Of a DNA stretch of 64,000 bases, positions 26,801 through 39,562 are shown piece after piece. The position numbers were made by a program, and so were the translations under genes. The notes under the pieces are model-generated. The model ran no database searches. It was not told the DNA's origin and saw nothing but the letters and a program-made list of their open reading frames with translations. The stretch lies in assembly GCA_003344405.1 (NCBI GenBank), contig NOWV01000151.1:1-64000 (forward strand). Direction: 5' to 3'. This stretch comes from Trichoplax sp. H2 (taxonomy: Eukaryota). Numbering within the stretch: the stretch's first letter is position 1; the number at the start of each line of letters is the position of its first letter.

Positions 26801-28937
26801 GTTTATGGTAATCAAAAATTTCTAAAGCATTATCGGGGTTAATAGAGAAAAAATATTTTATTAACGGGTCAATTGAGCTGTATAAGTATTTTTGAAAATG
26901 AAGTAAATCTTTTATTTTGTGTCCGTATTATAAGCGATAGACTTATTTCTTTACTAAAATAGCACCAATACTATGTCGTATAAAATTAACACTAGTCTTT
27001 CCTCATCTGCAATAGCAATAAAGCCTTAACCTGCGTATACATAGTTTCTGTTACAACGGATAATAATCCATCTATACCAAATATAATTTACGTGGAATAA
27101 TTGCACATGATTGTAAGTTTGGAAATAAGATCATTTTCGGCACCATATTATCTAGAATTGATACCGGAGATTACTTTCAGAGCCCAGCTTATAGATTTCA
27201 GATGCTACTTTATCCATATCTGCAATCAGAATTAGTACAGGTACCTTTTTGGTGTAAATTATAATAGCCGATAAACTTAGATGAAGAAGCATTCTATGTT
27301 TTCATTTGCTCAGTCTTGATTTATATTCGGTTGTTCGACATCAGAATCAAGGCAGTCATACTTTTATGCTACAAAGTTTAGAACATTACTTTCTTTTCAG
27401 TCTTTCTCAAATTATTTCTATCCTTGACAGGGCAATGTAACCGTTAAGCAGTCACTATTACTAGTTCCAACTTTAGATATTGAAGATAACCAATATTAGG
27501 GTATTCTCTTCTATAATACGAATCTCTTTACATTGTAGATTCTCAAACTTAAACATGCATAAATCTAGAGTATGAAGGAATCACACCATTTCTAGTAGAT
27601 TTTGAAGAATGAGCGCTAAACAGTCATACGACAACAGGATAAACAGCATTTAAATATGATCGTAACTTAAAAGCGACTTGAAGATAATATTCAAGCAAAA
27701 AGATATAATTTTAGCTTTATGATGGAACTGAACCTTATTTGCATAAGTGGTATAATTAGAGTTATAGAAACAAATTTTCATTTATAAATATGTTGAAAAT
27801 TTGATGTTGCGCAATACTCCTATTAATCATTACTCCCATGGACCAGACCTATTTTGCTCACGCTTAATTGATGTTGCCTTTTCTGGATAAATAAATATTG
27901 TAGTTGTAAACAATGCGATTCAAAAGACCAGGTAATGATAAAAACAAATTTATAAAAGTCTATATGCCTGTTTTTTATTTAAATAATATTTATTTTCTAA
28001 TGGCAGTAATTTGTAATTTCTAGGTTGAAATAATGCAAACATGAGCTTAATCAGAATAGGCCTCGTAAATTAAAAAAAGGGACATCAATTTCATTTCCAT
28101 AAATGCAATACTTTTAGCAAATTGTGTCTTTTATGAATTGATCTATAAATTACGGGAACTAATTTAAGGGTTATGGAACATAATAGAATGATAATTAGTT
28201 TCTTCACAAATAATCGAATGCATATATGAGTTCGTATCTTAAGTTACATCCAAGATGATAAACTTTAACTATCTACAAAATTGCATTATTTGAAATGCTG
28301 GCATGGAGCTGTAATGTGTAATCAATCTTTCAAGTTCCTATACGTAATTTCAATAACATAACTGTAAGTAAGTCAGATGACATTTATCGCGCATTCAATT
28401 CCTATATTTAAATGCAATTTAATCTTGAATTTGTCTAGTTTTCCCTACTTTCGCAACCAAATTCAGTCCCATTTGTGTAAAATCATTAGAATAGGCAATA
28501 TATAATCAGTTCGAACTTATTTTAAGAAAGCTAGAACAACAATAAATTGTCTGTAGATTATTATATGAAGACCTCCCATAATTATAAAGCTTCACTCATT
28601 AACAATGACGTATGATAAATATATTTAAATTGTCTTTTGAAAATTTAATTCTATGAATAAAATAACTAGTTTAATTGCTGAATAGAAAATCTTTCATCAT
28701 TAATAATTGATTTTGGTTTATGATGTTTCACTAATTGTAATCAATTGCCTACAATAACTAAGAAAATAGCAGAAAAGTCGGTCTCGCCTTCTTGTAAAAC
28801 CAGCACGTCTAGATTCCCATCATTACATTTCACAGGAATACTAAAGTACATTTAGTTTAGTAAGTCGAAATTGAGTAGATCTTCGTATATTAATCTAGTT
28901 CCAGTAATTTATTCCAGCTGCCCATCAAATTTCAATC

Positions 28938-29993
28938 ATGTTCTATTCCCTACTACAGGGCAATGAACCATCTAGGATATTGGGATGGATAATAGGAATT
29001 GTTGGTTTATTGGCCAATTCTAGCCTTCTTCTGTATCATTTTAAACGCAAATTGTTTAAATCATCCAAAACTAATCATCACAAAATTATTACGTCAAAGT
29101 CACGCTCTATCACCAAATTTTTAATTCGTCAGTTAGCCCTAGCTGACTTACTTGGTTCCCTTTACGTTATTATTATCAGTTCAGCCGATAGTTATTATGG
29201 TTATCGTTACCCTGAAATTTATCAAATACCCAATCCTTCAAATCAGACTAATATATGGACGTTAAACCCGCTCTGCCATATAGCACGATTTTGTTTTTCC
29301 ACTTCATCAGTACTCTCTATTGCCATTACACTGGTCATTGCCTATGATCGACTTGTCGCTGTCATATTCCCGCACAGTAAAGCAAGGTTAAATTTATTTA
29401 AAAGCCGGATTGTGATATCTGTTTGCTGGCTAATTTGTTGTGCTTTTGGTCTTATTCCAACAATACGAGGAATAATATCAGCTCCGTACTTTGCCCAAAG
29501 TTTTAATTGGCGCTTAAACATTTGCATGTATACTGACATCGTAAAAATCATTTTGACTATTTTCTTTAGAACTAGGGCTGCAATATACTTTGGCTGCTGT
29601 AGCTCAATTGCATTAATTTATGTTGTCATCATTGTCTATGTTAGAAATAAACGACGCAGAATAGCATCCGGAATGAATCAAATTGAACGACGTATCTTCA
29701 TAGTCATGATGATCATCACAGCTGTAAATGTTTGTAGCTTGCTCCCTTCAACAATTATATATGGGATGCCTTATAATATCAGACAGCTCCCTCATGTTGT
29801 TTACGCAACGTCTATCACAATTATGTTTACCTTTTCTAACGCTGCTATCAATCCGTTCATTTACATATTTTTATCATCCTCACGAAAGCGTTATATTGTA
29901 TGCTGTGGAAATTCTTCTAAAGTAGCTGTTAAGAACATCGCTGTTAGCGAAAACAAACCTAAATCAACAGAAGTTGCGGTGTTTTCTAAGTAG
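28938..29993 (+). CDS. GPCR array member 6
   Basis: 351-aa ORF; MFYSLLQG start, LALADLLGSLYVIII, YDRL, INPFIY. Confidence 0.9.
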   Translation: MFYSLLQGNEPSRILGWIIGIVGLLANSSLLLYHFKRKLFKSSKTNHHKIITSKSRSITKFLIRQLALADLLGSLYVIIISSADSYYGYRYPEIYQIPNPSNQTNIWTLNPLCHIARFCFSTSSVLSIAITLVIAYDRLVAVIFPHSKARLNLFKSRIVISVCWLICCAFGLIPTIRGIISAPYFAQSFNWRLNICMYTDIVKIILTIFFRTRAAIYFGCCSSIALIYVVIIVYVRNKRRRIASGMNQIERRIFIVMMIITAVNVCSLLPSTIIYGMPYNIRQLPHVVYATSITIMFTFSNAAINPFIYIFLSSSRKRYIVCCGNSSKVAVKNIAVSENKPKSTEVAVFSK

Positions 29994-30522
29994 CAGCCGC
30001 AGAATTGGAAGATGAAATTCCTGATATTACTAAATACTGCTATACTCGTGCAGTAGGTTTTACCTTATTCTCATTCCACTCCTTCCTATTTATTTTAACC
30101 AGCATAAAATGGACTTGAATCACCTAATTAGCAATAATAAAAATTACTAAACAAATATGGTACAAAGATATTGATGAAAGCAGACCGATTGACAGTTAAA
30201 CATTTGTCAGAAACGATCAATTTATCCGTTGTATTCACTTGAAAATATCGTATTATATCTGAATTAAAATATCCAAAATGTAATTTTTTCTTTTAGATAT
30301 CAACTGAACGTACTTTAATTGATATCACATACTTCTCGATCGAATATTTAAGCTATAAGCTTATACCCTGCTAATTACTGTTCATTCCTGTGACTAAATT
30401 TTTAATTACAAATCTGTTACATTAACCTCTATTCTACTAACATTTCGCAATAAACTTAATACCATTAGAAATCAATGAATTCGACAAAATTGTGAAATTT
30501 TAATGAAAGCAGTGTTCACACG

Positions 30523-31151
30523 TGTGACAGTGTTAAATACTGTATTACAGTAGAAATATCTATGTTAGGATAATTCTATTAGACTATCCTTATTTAGTTA
30601 ACTTCTAATTTGGATATACTGTGTTGTAATATAGCACTAACTTTTTATGACAGCGACATTTATTCACATACTGAAATTAATAGTTATAATAGGGAATGCA
30701 AATCATCTACTTACAGTTCGAATCATTGTGATTGCAATTTACTTATGGTAGATTGTAAATTATCGTGGAAATGTTCCGTATAGGACATATCGTAATCTGC
30801 TTATTCTGTATTAGTCGTTACATGTCTATGTTCGTAAATACTGTTGTCTGCATTAAGGGAGCAGTAGCTAAAATTAATATCTAATTCAGTAAATGATTCC
30901 AATGTTAATTGTATTAACTATGACTCATGAACTATTGAGGAATAGTATATAAATGCATTATATCGTGTAATAAAGTGGATTCTCAAACTTAGTGTTTAAC
31001 GTAAAATACAAGGCGTTTAAGTCTTTGTGTAGTCTGCTAGTAGAGCAAAAGTGTTTGTGATAGTGTAGCTATCGTTCCTTGATACGTGGTTCAAGGAATT
31101 GACTTATTGATCGTACATTACGTTATCTTGTTGCAAAGCTGTTTTGTGACA
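30523..31151 (+). mobile_element. Solo LTR (629 bp), perfect TSD ACACG
   Basis: acacg|TGTGAC...aaagctgttttGTGACA|acacg. The last 17 bp are identical to those of the 9160-9707 LTR. Internal gtatataaa followed by aataaa. Confidence 0.85.
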
Positions 31152-33793
31152 ACACGACAGCACAATTATGTTAAAGTTAAAAGGAAAAAACACAATGGAT
31201 GCGAATAGGTAGGAAGTATTTTCTGATCATATCGATTTTCTCATGCTAATGCAGCATAAATTGATAGCCATTTACCTAAGGTTACGGCAGATTTAGTTCA
31301 TAGGACGGATTTAAAATAGCTAATTAATATGAAATTACTCGGAAGCGAACTATTTCGGAATACAGAAGTGTCAATCGTACAAATGCATTAATTGCTATGC
31401 AGGTACTGTAATCGATGGCAAAAAGTAGAATACTAGCTAAACTTTGTTTAACAGCATCATATACTAAGAAATGTAATTTGATTCTAATTACTAAATTTAT
31501 TGTCCAGACATGCCTAAATATAACCCATAAGAATATATAAGGTTTTAGAAATAATTTTCCATTTACATTTATCACTCGTTAGTAAAATGATAGTAGGATC
31601 CAATAAAAATGAGGAAAGATCCGCTTTACAAATGAGTAAATGAAATGAAATGCCAATTGTATTTAGACGGTAAGAAAATTTAAAGTCCTAGGCACTCTAC
31701 CGATCGGATAAGTCTTATCCTAAGACAAACAATAGCAGAAGATACAGCGTTTAAGTAGACAATGTGGATCGCAACTTGAGTCAGAAATGACCATCTGGAT
31801 GTGGAATAAAAATGAAGTGATTTTGAAATGTTAATAATTGCACCACTGTTTAGGTAGCCGGTAAGCAATAACAGTTCCAGGTTTCCTACAAAAATAGAAT
31901 GACCAATTCTTGCCTTGAGACAACAGCCATAGATTACTAATTGCCATTTCCTGTCATTTCTATTTCAAAATACACTGCTAGAAAATTTCTAACATGATGA
32001 ACCTTTAGAATTTGAAGGGGTACAATTATGGAACACCAAATAATTAATCTTTAGATTTACTACTTTTAAATATTTTTTTGGACGAAAGAATCTTTTCTAG
32101 CTAGAACGCTAAATAGAAAATCGAATATTCAATCAAAATTCTCATTGCAATCCGTTAAGGGTACTGCTGTATCTTTTAAATACAAATATATTTCAATTGA
32201 CTTCAAAACCATCACACCTACACTCCTACAGTATTTACCCGATTTCATTTACTGTATACTGAATGGTTAGAAAATCGTGGACTTTTATGATCAACATCCG
32301 TGAAGAAACCACAGGAGTAGCTAAAATATGAGCATAATATCTATCGTTAAGGTTGCAATAGTGCTTGTTATATTTGCTAGTAAAATGCAAATTTAGTGAT
32401 AGCGTGGCAAAGTATCCGTGTCCGTTTTTTAATTTTGACAAAAATCAATTGCTTAAAGTTTTAAATTATAGTGTCAAGGTGATTCATATACTATAGATAT
32501 ATTATAATGTAATTTGTATAGTTCCCATAAATTACTAAAGCCTTCTTTTACAATGCATCTTTAACACATTAACCTCAACATAGTTTTCATCAGATAGTTT
32601 AACCCTAATATTGCGATACTCATTTATCCGTTCTTGTGCATATTCAAGTATCATGATGCTCACATACAGTAAATAATCGATATTTATCTACCCAAAGTAT
32701 ATTTTAGTCAATACTTCACTTAGTTCGAATTTGAAAATTTTAATCTAGTGAAAACGCGTGTTGCTAAGGATTTTTGACGTTAGAACGTCGTCAAGAGTTT
32801 TTGAATAGCGCTGTAGGCAAATGGTAAGGAGAGTAAGCCAAGGAATAGGCTCGAAATTTTAGATTTTGGTTGCAAAATTTAGATTGTAATGTCTTCTAAT
32901 TTTCTGTAAATCAATCATCGTAATGCAAAACTTAATCAACAAACTGAAGCAGTTTAACTTTTATAAGTTTATAATATCTAAAGCATATAATGTTATCTTT
33001 CGAAAGAGGTTTTAATCGGTTACGGTATCAACGGTACAATCTATACTAGTTTTGCAGTACGGTATAATAGCTACAATATCTGTATTTAGTACACTTGGTA
33101 TTAACCATTAAATAGCTATTGCTTTAATCAAATAGAGATTAAATGTTCATTTTTTTCAGGTTTAAATCAGTTCAAGCTTACAAATTGTCCGGTACCACAA
33201 TAATTTGTTATTATATGTGAGTACAAGTACTTTTACGACTATACAGTATACGGATTGCCCTAATCGTTTATTTTGAATTTTTTACTTAATTAATGATAAC
33301 ATTTTCGACGCAAGAAACTTTTTAAATATTGATAAGACTAGACGATTTGCTTTGTGCGTATCTATAACAAACTCAAAGATAGGAACTAACATGTGTAGTA
33401 AAGGACAGAAAGCAGAGTCCTTTATAGCTTTTAGTATGTAGCTATTATTGCTTTACTATAGAAAATACCTAGAAAGTGATAGTATCTTTAAGTTTTACCT
33501 GCCAAATCATCATGTCGCCATCTTTTCTTCTTCATTATTTTACAAAATATTGTATAAATTACTATAGAAATAACCTAGGAGCAAACGCCTAATCTAAAGA
33601 AAGGGCCTTTGATAGTCTATTGGGATTGTAAATGAATTTGACTTAGTAACAAAGCCCTATCCATCCAGAAAGGGGACTTATAATATGACAGTGAAGTACT
33701 GTAATGTAGGTTATAATCGTACAGTTACCGTATAACTTCATACTAAAACATCAACTGTCAATAGTAATGTCAGAAAAGTAGTCATCGTTGTCA

Positions 33794-34732
33794 TGTAAAA
33801 TCTTTTGATAAATGAATATGTGATCTTTATAAAATTCGGATTTTTTGCATTCAGATTCCGGAACCAGTCATATCTGTGTCCTATTTAATTTCTGGATTTT
33901 AATTTTTGGAAAATATTGCAAGAGTTGATTTTTGAAATTTGAACTATTCGTTGTTAATTTGAAATTTGGGAATTTTATGACAAGACATAAATGTTACATT
34001 AGGAAAGTTTAGTTAAGAAAATGGATAATAAGATGGCAAATAGCAGAGATTGTGTTGATTCTTAAGTAGTTAGGCTGTTATTTTTATGACTAAATCTTCA
34101 TGTTTAAAGATTAATTTTTAGACTTTTATAATGTATTAATGATTAGAAATTATATCGGAAGTGAAGATTGATGTATTTTATAGTTAGTTTGTTGGTTTTA
34201 TAGTGTTGTTTTGTAAGGGAATCATAAGGTAACTTATTTCTGAACTTTGAATGATTTTTGTTTTCTTAAGTGGTGCAAAGCAGTTTTCTGAAATGAATCT
34301 TAAGAGCGATTGGTTAATAAGTGTTTAGTTTTAAATACCACTGACAGCTCCGTGAAGTCTATAAATGATAGTGCAATCAGAAAATTTAGAGAAGAGAGTA
34401 AAAGAAGATTTTGAAGAACTTGTTGAATTCTAAAGGCCTTCGGGGTCGAACTCTTGCAGTAAAAATGTTCTTCTTTTTGTCAGGTTGTTTGGTTGTTGAC
34501 AGTTTCAGTTCTGTCCTTTTCTTTATTTCTTTACTATAATACTTAGAATTAAGAATTAAGTATTTGGAAGGTTGTTTGATTTGGCTCTCTGAAGTTTTCT
34601 TAATAAATTGTTGATTGATTGTTTACCCAATTTTTATTTGGTGTCAAAGTTGTGTAACGTTGACCAGAGTGTAAAGAAAGTACAAAGTTAGAAGTTTTGT
34701 AGCTTGATTTCTACACATTGTATTTCATAACA
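33794..34732 (-). mobile_element. Inverted copy of the 4920-5878 element
   Basis: Reverse complement starts tgttatgaaat...gtagaaatcaagcta and is colinear with 4920 onward. The left boundary is approximate and no TSD was found. Confidence 0.7.
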
Positions 34733-35613
34733 CAAGACAATATTTACCTCTATTTAAGCCCTCCATCGACACTTCTGAATCATTACTTTTAAATTTAATC
34801 TACCAAAAACAGAAATTTAAACATTAAGGCCTGTACAATAAATACACAGTACAAATTTCAACTTTACTCAAAGGTCGCGAGTCTGTTTATTAGCAACATT
34901 ACTTTGATATAGTATTCCTAATTTTTTTGCTATTTTAAAAGATGTAATATGATAGCTAAAGACATTATTTTTAATTCAAGAAGTAATAATGTTTATTGGC
35001 GATAGAACCAGTTCTATTGCACTGTTTCTTTGAAACGGAAATTGTTTAATAGTATCGTTGACTTTTCGAACTGTAACTTAGCTATCTGAGGCTAATTTGT
35101 TAACTATAGTGTCACACTTGCGAATGAATATCGCTTCTGTATTGTACTAGCTAAAGTGGTGAACTTTTAGTAAAGAGATGTCTCAAAATGAAATAGTTGA
35201 TCATTACATGACGCTATTATTTGCAGAAATTAATTTGGCTTGCATGTCGCATAGAGAACGACTGATAACAGAATTTGAGTTATCGACCTATTAATTTTAG
35301 TGGTAATAGCGTTCCAGTTTCATTATTAAATGTAGAAAAATATCCTTATTAATGAAAAGCTCTACTTGTATTATCAAATATTTACCATACTATTTTTACA
35401 TAATTGAAGAAATAGTATTCATAATTTAATTCAATATACAATAGAGTCGATGTTTGTGAAAGTTAAAGCAGTGTCTGTGTAACGGTTTAAGATAGTGAAT
35501 GAGATAATGTAACAGATTTAGAAATAGACAGTTGTAAATATTATGGTAAAATGTAATATTCAACCGATAATAGATTTCCGTTAAACGATTGTGTAGATTT
35601 AGGTTAAGTGCTA

Positions 35614-36025
35614 TGTAAAATGCGTGTAATAATCAAAATGGCGGTTGTCACACTTTCATACAATCTGTTAGGTACTGAGCGGATTTGAGTTGGCACATAA
35701 TGTATTAATTAAGACATGTATATGCTCTAGAATAATTAATGTAATTACATGTGTATAGAAAAAGACTATATTATAATATAGGAAATAATTAACAGATTGT
35801 ACAGGTCCAGTTTGGCCCAAGTATATAAGGAAGCACATTTGTACTTAAAAAAGGGAAAAGAGTAATTTAAGCTGTGGAGTGGAACGACAGTTGAATAAAG
35901 ATAGCTTTGTAATATTACCTAGTAAACTTCTAGACTGACTGTTACTTTTGACTAAGGTCCTTCACGAAGGTAGTGAAAGTAGTGACGCATGGTAGCAGAT
36001 TTATAATACGGTAGCAGGCTTTACA
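35614..36025 (+). mobile_element. LTR-like remnant with putative tRNA-iMet primer-binding site
   Basis: gtatataagg and aataaa, then CA followed by TGGTAGCAGA (35990-35999), the complement of the metazoan iMet tRNA 3' end. Boundaries are uncertain and there is no TSD. Confidence 0.45.
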
Positions 36026-36519
36026 GGTAATCATAAAAGGAGAATTCACTGAAACAAACGAAATTTATGACAGTCTGTTATAATTAAAGTTCCCGTATTT
36101 TATGTAAATACTGAAATAAGAATGCTGGCTAATTAATATCCTGTTTTTAAATAAAAGAAATATCGTAGTTTATTATTTATAAGAAAGCTAAATTTTTGCA
36201 AATAAATTCCTCGAAAATGGATGCCTGAATCGCTGTCTTTCAATTTCAATTACGGCAGTTTCTAATGTAATTCCAAATTCTTACTTAAAAATTCGCTTTA
36301 AAACTCAGCCTAGGTAGATTTAATCATTGTACTGAAAGCTAAAGAATACTGTCTGTGCTTAGGAAGTTAATAAACTATCACGTAGTATTACCTAGAATCC
36401 CTGTATACATATAAATACACCATCAATCAGATAAATATTGTTAAATTTAGTTTTGTAATAGGGTACCTGCAATTCACAGACTGATAGGATGTCAGGGTCA
36501 TATCTCCGTAAATTTAGGC

Positions 36520-37243
36520 TGTCACAATTTAGGGTATACTTACTGGCTAAGTCTTTGCGTAAAATATCTCATATAGAATCTATCAAGTACGGCGAATTAA
36601 GCTGTTAATCACTTACATCACAATAACGTAAAATAAGAACCAAGAAAGAAGTTATGAAGTAAGAAGACAACTTAAGGTGTACTTTAATCTTCGCTAATCT
36701 AGTAAATTCACTTCGTAACTAACAATTAATAGGAAAAATCTTTTTACTAGTATTTTTGTGATAAAAACCGATCACGAATATTTTAAGTTGTAAAAAGTTA
36801 AAACTTTATTAGATCTAATGCAAAGACTAGCTACACACAGCTCTACTCTAGCCGGATACAACTACTGAAAGACCCCTAGAAAGAACAACAAGGTAATTTA
36901 ATAATCTAATGTCTCCAGCTTTTATACTCTCTGTAGCCTTCAATCTAGCATAATTTACATTTAGTCAAATTACTATTAGTAACAACTTTTTACTGCGGAT
37001 CATCATGATCCGTTTATGCAATTAAACAAATATTATCATTGAAGTACGGTAAGAAATATTAAATCTTACAAAATAATAACAATGCTATCTTTATATAGCA
37101 TTCAATAAAATAGAATCCTTCCTAAATTAATGGTAAAGTTGAACTATCGACTTTTCTTAATAATTATCAACACTATTTAATACAATTAAAGCTATCGGAA
37201 GTATTACTTGCCATACTATGTCAAGGACTTAAGAATCCCTGAC
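36520..37243 (-). mobile_element. Degenerate solo LTR, possible TSD TAGGC/TATGC
   Basis: Begins tgtcaca (reverse complement of the family end tgtgaca). Reverse TATA ttttatac at ~36921. Terminal hairpin gtcaagga...tccctgac. Confidence 0.45.
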
Positions 37244-37625
37244 TATGCATAATTTCGTTGTAAAAACTGAAAATTATATCTCCTAAAATTATGTAGGGTA
37301 ATTTTGCATTTTGTTTAGCTTCGAAATAATACTAGTATCGAAGGCGTACTTCTTTACGTCATACTACTTCCTGCTAATAGTAAACTTAACTAAGACATAT
37401 TATCTCCCATGGTAACTAAAGCATTAAAGATAAAGATTTTGTATCCCCAAAAATCGCTATTCTCGAAGATTATTCATCATTCTCATAACCAGTATAAACT
37501 GGTTACACTTTAAGAAAGTAATTATGTAATTAAAATTATATCATAGCAATGAATAAGATGTCAAGAAATAGAGTGAAACTTACTCCTTTTGAATTATGAC
37601 GATTAATTTTAAATTATATTTTATA

Positions 37626-38530
37626 GCTTTAAGCTAAAAACTTCGCCTCGTATTTCTTCAAAGCTTAGCATAGTAAAATAGAGTATGCCTTTAAAATATC
37701 ATAGTTCAAAGTGGTAGTACCGATGATAAAATTATTCTATGTGGATCACGTTCGTATACAGATACCAATATCCGAAGATGCTTTTCCATATTTTTTTACC
37801 GTAATTATTATTCATTATATCAAATATAAGACCATTTGAAATAATACTAAAATTAGCGATTCAATTAAATTATTCTCTTTATTACTGAAAATCAAATTCA
37901 ACTTATATTATTGCTATTGCTTTTCTACCCTTATCAAATAGATTAAATGCCCAAAATAGCAACTTTTATATAAGTAACGTATATAAAACAAACTAACCAC
38001 TATAACATTTTTTTTTTACTTCTGTGCAATAATAATATAATTTAGGACTGAAATTTTTCAACCAAGACCAGATTTACTCTTATGTTTCATTGCTTTAAGC
38101 TGTAAATTTTATCTTGTATTTCTTCTTACTTTAGCATAGTAAAACAGAGTATGCCATTAAAATATCACTGTTCAAACCGATAGTATTGACGACAAAGTTA
38201 TTCCGTATGGATCATTGCTAGTATGCAGATACCAATTTCCCAAAGTACTTTTCCATATTTATTTACCGTATTTATTGTTTATCATATCAAATATAAAGAC
38301 CATTTGAAATAATAATACAAATAGTGATTTAATCAAATATATCTTTCACTCTGAAAACTTAGCCCAATTTATAGCAATAGTTACTTCTCTGCTCTTATTA
38401 AATAGATTAAATGTCCTAAATATATTTTATCCAAAGCAAAGTATATGAAACAGACCAACCACTATGAAATTTCTCTGTTACATTTTTGCGTTATCAATAT
38501 AGTTTAGGACTGAAATTCTTCAGCCATGGG
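37626..38530 (+). repeat. Diverged tandem duplication, two ~460-bp units
   Basis: gctttaagct..ttagcatagtaaaa.agagtatgcc and tttaggactgaaatt each occur twice, ~460 bp apart. Confidence 0.85.
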
Positions 38531-39562
38531 CAAACACACACTTGATAAAAGTGGTTATCTTGTGAATAACTTTAGTATTATTATGCTTGTCATTATCTAA
38601 TAAGATACTAGAATCACTAGACAATTAATAATAGTTATCGTCGTAAAATGTAAAAATATTAATACAAATAATAATAATTATTGATCGTTTGCATGCAATC
38701 AATTTTCTCAGCAAAAGTTTTATTATCAATTATCCACAATAGAATGTAAAATATTAACTACCGTACCCTGCGCCTTATAAATATAATATGACCTGTATCG
38801 TATTACCGCTAAAAATAACTAAAGCAGATCTGTGATAAAATATCAAATCACTCATCAATAAGCAATTCTGTCCTGCAAAGTATAAAGTATAAATCAATTC
38901 ATCAGCATAGAGTTAGCTATAGCTATCTGAGGGTCCTGAAAGGCAATCAGTTATCACCAATCGACAATAAAATGTTGGTTATTATTTATTAAAATTTAAT
39001 GAGCATATAAAGTAAATCAAAATAGAGTCCAACTCGATAGTAATTAACGAACGAATTGATTTATTGTCAAACTACGAAAGGCTGTGAGGCTAGATATAGA
39101 CTTCATTCTACTTTTCGTTGAGCCTGTATCTAGACGCAAATGCATATACCGAGAAAGCAGTATCTATTTTGTAATTGTTTTTAAACACATCTAAATAAGT
39201 TATTATAACTGCATCCAAATTTTCTACAAGATCGACAGATGTACATATCATATCTATTAATTATTACTAATGCTTTGAAAGATTAAAATGAAACTGACCT
39301 GCAAAACAAACTAGTTACATGATAATAAGCGCCCATAATTTACGATTATCTAATTTAAATTTATAAGCAATAAATTGAATAAAAAATTTTAGTTTAACCT
39401 ATGCAGCTGAATAGATAGAGAAGACTCTATCTCTGAATAAACGTCCACAATATCTATACGAATTTGTCATTGCATCAAATCACTGTAAAGAAGATCTAAT
39501 AATCGTCAAGATAAGTTTAAAGTTAACAATTTTTTGCTCAATCCCGAATTGATTTGATGATT

